Origin: Camelus ferus
Lineage: Eukaryota
Reading direction: 5' to 3'
DNA length: 64,000 nucleotides
Assembly: GCF_009834535.1 (NCBI RefSeq)
Contig: NC_045697.1
Location: forward strand, 1,800,001 to 1,864,000
Shown: positions 59,789 to 64,000 of the stretch, piece after piece
How positions within the stretch are numbered: the stretch's first letter is position 1
Layout: each line of letters begins with the position of its first letter
Notes under the pieces: model-generated
What the model was told of the DNA's origin: nothing
The model's input: only the letters and a program-made list of their open reading frames with translations
Database searches by the model: none
Translations under genes and position numbers: made by a program

Positions 59789-61061
59789 GTGACATCCACA
59801 CTCAAGGGGAGGAGACCATACAGGTGTTGAACAGCAGGAGGGGGTCACGGGCCATCTGGGAAGTCTACTGACTTATCAGGTACTGGAGTCTACTACTACT
59901 CCAGTACCTGCAGCCTGGAGCTGGGCCCTTGTGGCCTGTCCCACATGAGGGCTGGCCTGTGGACAAGGGCCTCTGCTGACATCAGGGAACCGGGACCTCA
60001 AGGCTGACAGCATGTTTCTCTGAGGTCCTCCCTCTGAAGGGGGAACCTACTGCTGTCCCCTTGGGGACAAGGCTTCCTGTGCTGATGCTTCCTTCCGTTT
60101 ACTTGTCTGCTTTGGGACAACAGGCTCTGAAATTAGCTGATGTAGCTTGTGGCCCAGAATGGGGCGCTGCCTTGAGTGGGCTCTGGATGGTACATACTGC
60201 ATGTTTCTCTTCTCAGAGGGCCACCAACTCCCTGCCCGGCAGGAGGTGCAGCTGCTCCTCTGCCGCTCACCACCAACTACCTCCCCTGCAGGTGCTGAGG
60301 CTCTGGAGCCCGGGACCACCCCTAGAGGGGACAACCTTGGGCCGGCTAGTCATTCCTGGGGAGGGGGGGCGTCTCCGAGGTCAAAGCCGCTTCTCGCTGC
60401 ACCAGCCCAGCCTCCCCGGGAGCAGGCACTGACCACGCAACTTCTCACCGCCGGCGCCTTCCCCAGGGCCTCCCCCAATCCCCTCCGCTCCTCGTCCGGC
60501 AGTAGACTCGCCCCCCAGGGCCCCTCTCCTCTCCGCACCTGGGCTTCCGCCCTGAGGGTCCTCCGGCTCCGCGCGGGGCGAACTCACTTCCCCCTCCCTC
60601 CCCGGCGGGTTGTCCGGTGAGCCCGCCCTCCGCCCGCGTCGGGGGTGGGCAAGCGCCTCGCGGGGGTCTTGGGCTCCTAGCCCAGGGCCGTCCTCCCTGC
60701 CATCAGCTAGGCGTCAGCCGAGGGCGCCCCGCGCCGAGAGGTGCTTCCGGGGCCCGCCAGACCCTCAAGCCCAAGTCGCCCCGCCCTCTTCGCCGTGCCA
60801 CGCCCCCACACCGCCCTCTCTCCCCACCCCCGCGTCGTACGCCCTCGCCGGGAGGGGCGCGGTGGTTCCAGCAGCCCCGGCGGCTCCAGAAGCCCAGGGG
60901 GCGGGCGCGGGGGCGGAGGGGTGGTGAGCCGGACGGCGCCTCGGCTGGCCATTGGCGGAGGCCGCTGCCTCTGGCTGTCAATCTCGCGGCCAGGCCCCGC
61001 GTCCCGCCGGCGGAGCAGTCGCGGGACGCAGGGCCGCGGGGGCTGCCGGGACGGGCCCAAG

Positions 61062-61127
61062 ATGGCCGTGTGCCTGGGTTCCGCTCCAGCCTGCGGCCCA
61101 GACCTCCATTCATTGCGGCGCTGCTGA
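61062..61127 (+). promoter_or_regulatory. HTT 5'UTR upstream ORF (21 aa, MAVCLGSAPACGPDLHSLRRC)
   Basis: ATG...TGA ending 60 nt before the HTT start; corresponds to the known conserved HTT uORF. Confidence 0.85.
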
Positions 61128-61187
61128 CCGGAGCCGCCAGTCGGCCCGGCGACTCCGGGGGCTGTCCCCGCGGGGCGGGAGGCCGCC

Positions 61188-61238
61188 ATGGCGACCCTGG
61201 AAAAGCTGGCGAAGGCCTTCGAGTCCCTCAAGTCCTTC

Positions 61239-61298
<60 letters not shown>

Positions 61299-61456
61299 CT
61301 GCAGCCGCCGCAGCCGCAGCCGCAGCCACAGCCGCCGCCGCCGCCTCAGCCCCCTCAGCCAGCACCGCCGGCGCAGCCGCCGCCTCAGCCGCAGCCGCCG
61401 CCACCGCCGCCGCCGCCGCCCGGCCCGGCCGTGGCCGAGGAGCCGCTGCACCGACC
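61188..61456 (+). CDS. HTT: Huntingtin exon 1 (N17, Q20, proline-rich domain, ...[10 protein letters not shown]); gene continues beyond the window
   Basis: GCCGCCATGG Kozak, [27 protein letters not shown], GTGAGT donor at 61457. Confidence 0.99.
61239..61298 (+). repeat. HTT polyglutamine tract CAA(CAG)17CAACAG
   Basis: Counted directly: 20 Gln codons, 17 uninterrupted CAG. Confidence 0.95.
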
Positions 61457-64000
61457 GTGAGTGCTGGCCCGCTGCCGGTCCCCACCCGGCGACCGCGTCC
61501 CTGCGGACCCCGACCGCGCGGCGACAGGGCCGCCCGCGGTCCCCGAGCCCCTCCCCAGCCCTGCGCGGGTCCCCGTCCCTCCCTCGGCCTCCCCCGAAGG
61601 CACCGAGGCTGTCCGGGCCCCAGGCCTGTGCTTTCTCGGCTGCGAAGTTAGGGAAGGAACGCGGCTGTGTTGTGAGCAGGACTCGGCAGAGCCGAGGCCG
61701 CGTCCCGTTTGGCTTCCTCTGGGCCCCTCCCCGTCCCCCTCCTCCTTGTCCGGGAGGGAGGAGGGCTGGGGGCGCGGGACCTGCGCGGGAGCCCGGAATG
61801 GAGCCGCGGCGATGCGGGGAGTGATGACATCATGCCTCGGGACGTCGGGGCTGGGAGGCGGGGGCGCGCGGGGACGCGGGCCAATGGACAGTCTTGCACC
61901 GAGGGCCCCTTTAAACCGCCTCTGACTCGGGGCTGTGTGCCCAGTCTCAAGGCACTTCCTTCAGCTCGGGAATCGCAGTGGTGGCTACAGGAATTAAAGC
62001 GTCAGGAAGAGACCCGCCTGTCCCAGTTCAAGTTGGTCTTGCAGGCACTTGAATGAGTTGTGGTTGCCAAGTTAGTAGTGAACCATTTAGAGGGTTATTA
62101 TTCACAAGAGAGAAATAATAAAATTGCCTTAACTATTAGAAAGAGTTGACTGGAGTTTATTACCTGTCTGCAGTTGGAAATAAAATGACGTATTGCCGAG
62201 GGAGAGGTTAATTGCCGGGGGCGAATGCTGTGCGTTGCACGAGTGTTGTAGTCCGGCTTGCCAGAACACGGGTGTCTGCGGACCCCGGAGACGGCTCCTG
62301 TTGCTCGCGTCCCGGTACTGTTTGGAAGCTAGAGGTCTCTGTTGTTTGTGCCAGGGAAAATTTTTGAAACAGGAAAAGAGAGACCATTAGTAGCACCTCC
62401 TAACAGGCCCCAGGACTTTCCCCTGAAGTCTTGTGTGCTGAGTGTTCAGCAGAGTTTAGGGTGTGCTGCTGCAGTTCGGCCTTTCTGGCCTCGGGCTTTT
62501 TAGTTCTGATCTGCATTTGTCCAGCACGGCATTTAGTGAGGACAGTTTTCAAGGCGCAGTCCCTTTAAGAAGCTCACTCTGTTAAGACTGAGTCACTTTT
62601 AGTCATGTTTTCTTCTCTCTGTTTCTGATATGATCCTTGCTGTGTCCTGAGAGTTTAATTAGAAAATGAGTATTTGGGGAGTGATGTCTTATCTGTTGGA
62701 ACAAAATTTAGAAGTTTTGTCTTCTAAAAGGTGAAAAATCTGGATACTTAGAGAAAAATGTGTATTTTTAAATAACCCATTCCAGACTTACCGGGTAGTG
62801 CTTCTTCAGGAGGTAGAGGTCACGGAAGGTCACATATTGTGTGGATCTTGTGTAAACGTGGGAAGCGCTGTGCAGGGCTCTGAGCAGGAGGGAAGGGCTT
62901 ACTGCTGTCCCTGTCTGCTTGTTCAGACACCTGGTCAGTCTAAAAACGTGTCTGCTCTTTCTTATGCTGATTTGACAGAAACTGAATTTGCTTATCCTCT
63001 TCAAAATATGGATATAAAGAGGGTTCCTTCTAAAGCCGGCTTGACAAAGTAGATAGATTTTGTTTCATTACTTTATTTGAAGGAAATGTATGATTGACTT
63101 GCTTTTGAAATCTAAATTATTATTTTTGCACAAATAATACATTAGCTTGGTACAAATTCCAAAATTACGAAGAGGTGATTAAATTGTCTCCGTCCCACTC
63201 CCTGCTCTTGAGTACCTACCTCCATTCCCAGAGGCAAGCACTGTGACACTTCCTCCTCATGCACCCTACCAGATACAACCTGTGTATACATGAAGATAGA
63301 TATTAAATTTTTTAAAAACAAAAGTACTTCAGAATAATAACTTTGAAGTTTTCTTAGCATGCTCTGAAATCAACTGCTTTGGGCTTAATTATAGTTATTT
63401 TAAATAAAGTGCATAAATATCATATTTTTATGTACTTTGCTGTTGAAAAAGCAGATATTCGTTAATTTTGAGTAACAAACTCAGTGGTTACACATTTGGA
63501 TCTTGGCATTTCTGTTCAGATGCTTCAGCTGAAAAATCCATCCCTCACAGTAAGATTGGCCAAAAGCAGTTAAAAGCAACTGTTCTGTTTTTATGGCCCT
63601 TGCTCTCTGTGGAACTGTAGTGTCACCAGCCACACGTGAACTTCAGTTGAAGGATCTGAGTACCACTCTCTGCTCAGCATGTGGCAGGCAGGGGTTTTGG
63701 GTGGGAGTGGCTGCAGTCTCAGCCAGGCTGGCGTGCAGGGGGTGCCAGAGCTTGGGAGGGTCCTAACTGTAATTGTGAGGCAGGTGACATTGGCATTGAG
63801 CACTTTCTCTTTCTCCTTCAGACTCCCACCTAGTTTTTCCCTGGCTTTATTTATTCATCAGTAAATATTTGCTGAACATCTAATGTGTGTGCCAGCCCCT
63901 ATCCTAATAGATGCAGGGCTATGAAATGATGTTTTACTGAGGAACGTGGACCATAAACAGGGTGGATAAGTAAATATACGGTGTGTTAGACAGTGACAAA

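Larger units (their letters stand above)
60350..61950. promoter_or_regulatory. HTT CpG-island promoter
   Basis: CpG-dense region around exon 1. GC boxes / G-run cluster at 60897-60921, inverted CCAAT (ATTGG) at 60951-60955, no TATA box seen. Confidence 0.9.

Noticed and set aside
60617..61824. Poly-Ala, poly-Ser and poly-Leu ORFs over the HTT repeat
   Set aside because: These are alternative frames of the CAG/CTG tract. The + strand ones are called from non-ATG starts, and nothing supports independent genes.

Overview
This is mammalian genomic DNA, probably camelid, judging by three copies of a tRNA-Ala-derived vic-1-like SINE. It covers the conserved NOP14 - GRK4 - HTT syntenic block. It contains NOP14 coding exon 1 (- strand), head-to-head with GRK4 across a shared CpG island. 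The full 16-exon GRK4 gene is on the + strand, with all GT-AG junctions and reading phases consistent. An LTR/L1-rich intergenic spacer follows, then the HTT promoter, its 21-codon uORF, exon 1 (Q20) and the start of intron 1. I found no prokaryote-type novel system. Three observations stand out. (1) GRK4 has lost its canonical start codon (ATG->GTC) and the N-terminal receptor-docking helix codons have drifted, while the rest of the ORF is intact. (2) The normally invariant huntingtin N17 domain carries Met8->Ala. (3) An ERV LTR with a 24-bp-periodic CCAAT array and two octamer sites points at the GRK4 promoter. Comparisons to human proteins and repeat-family names are from recall, not from a search.
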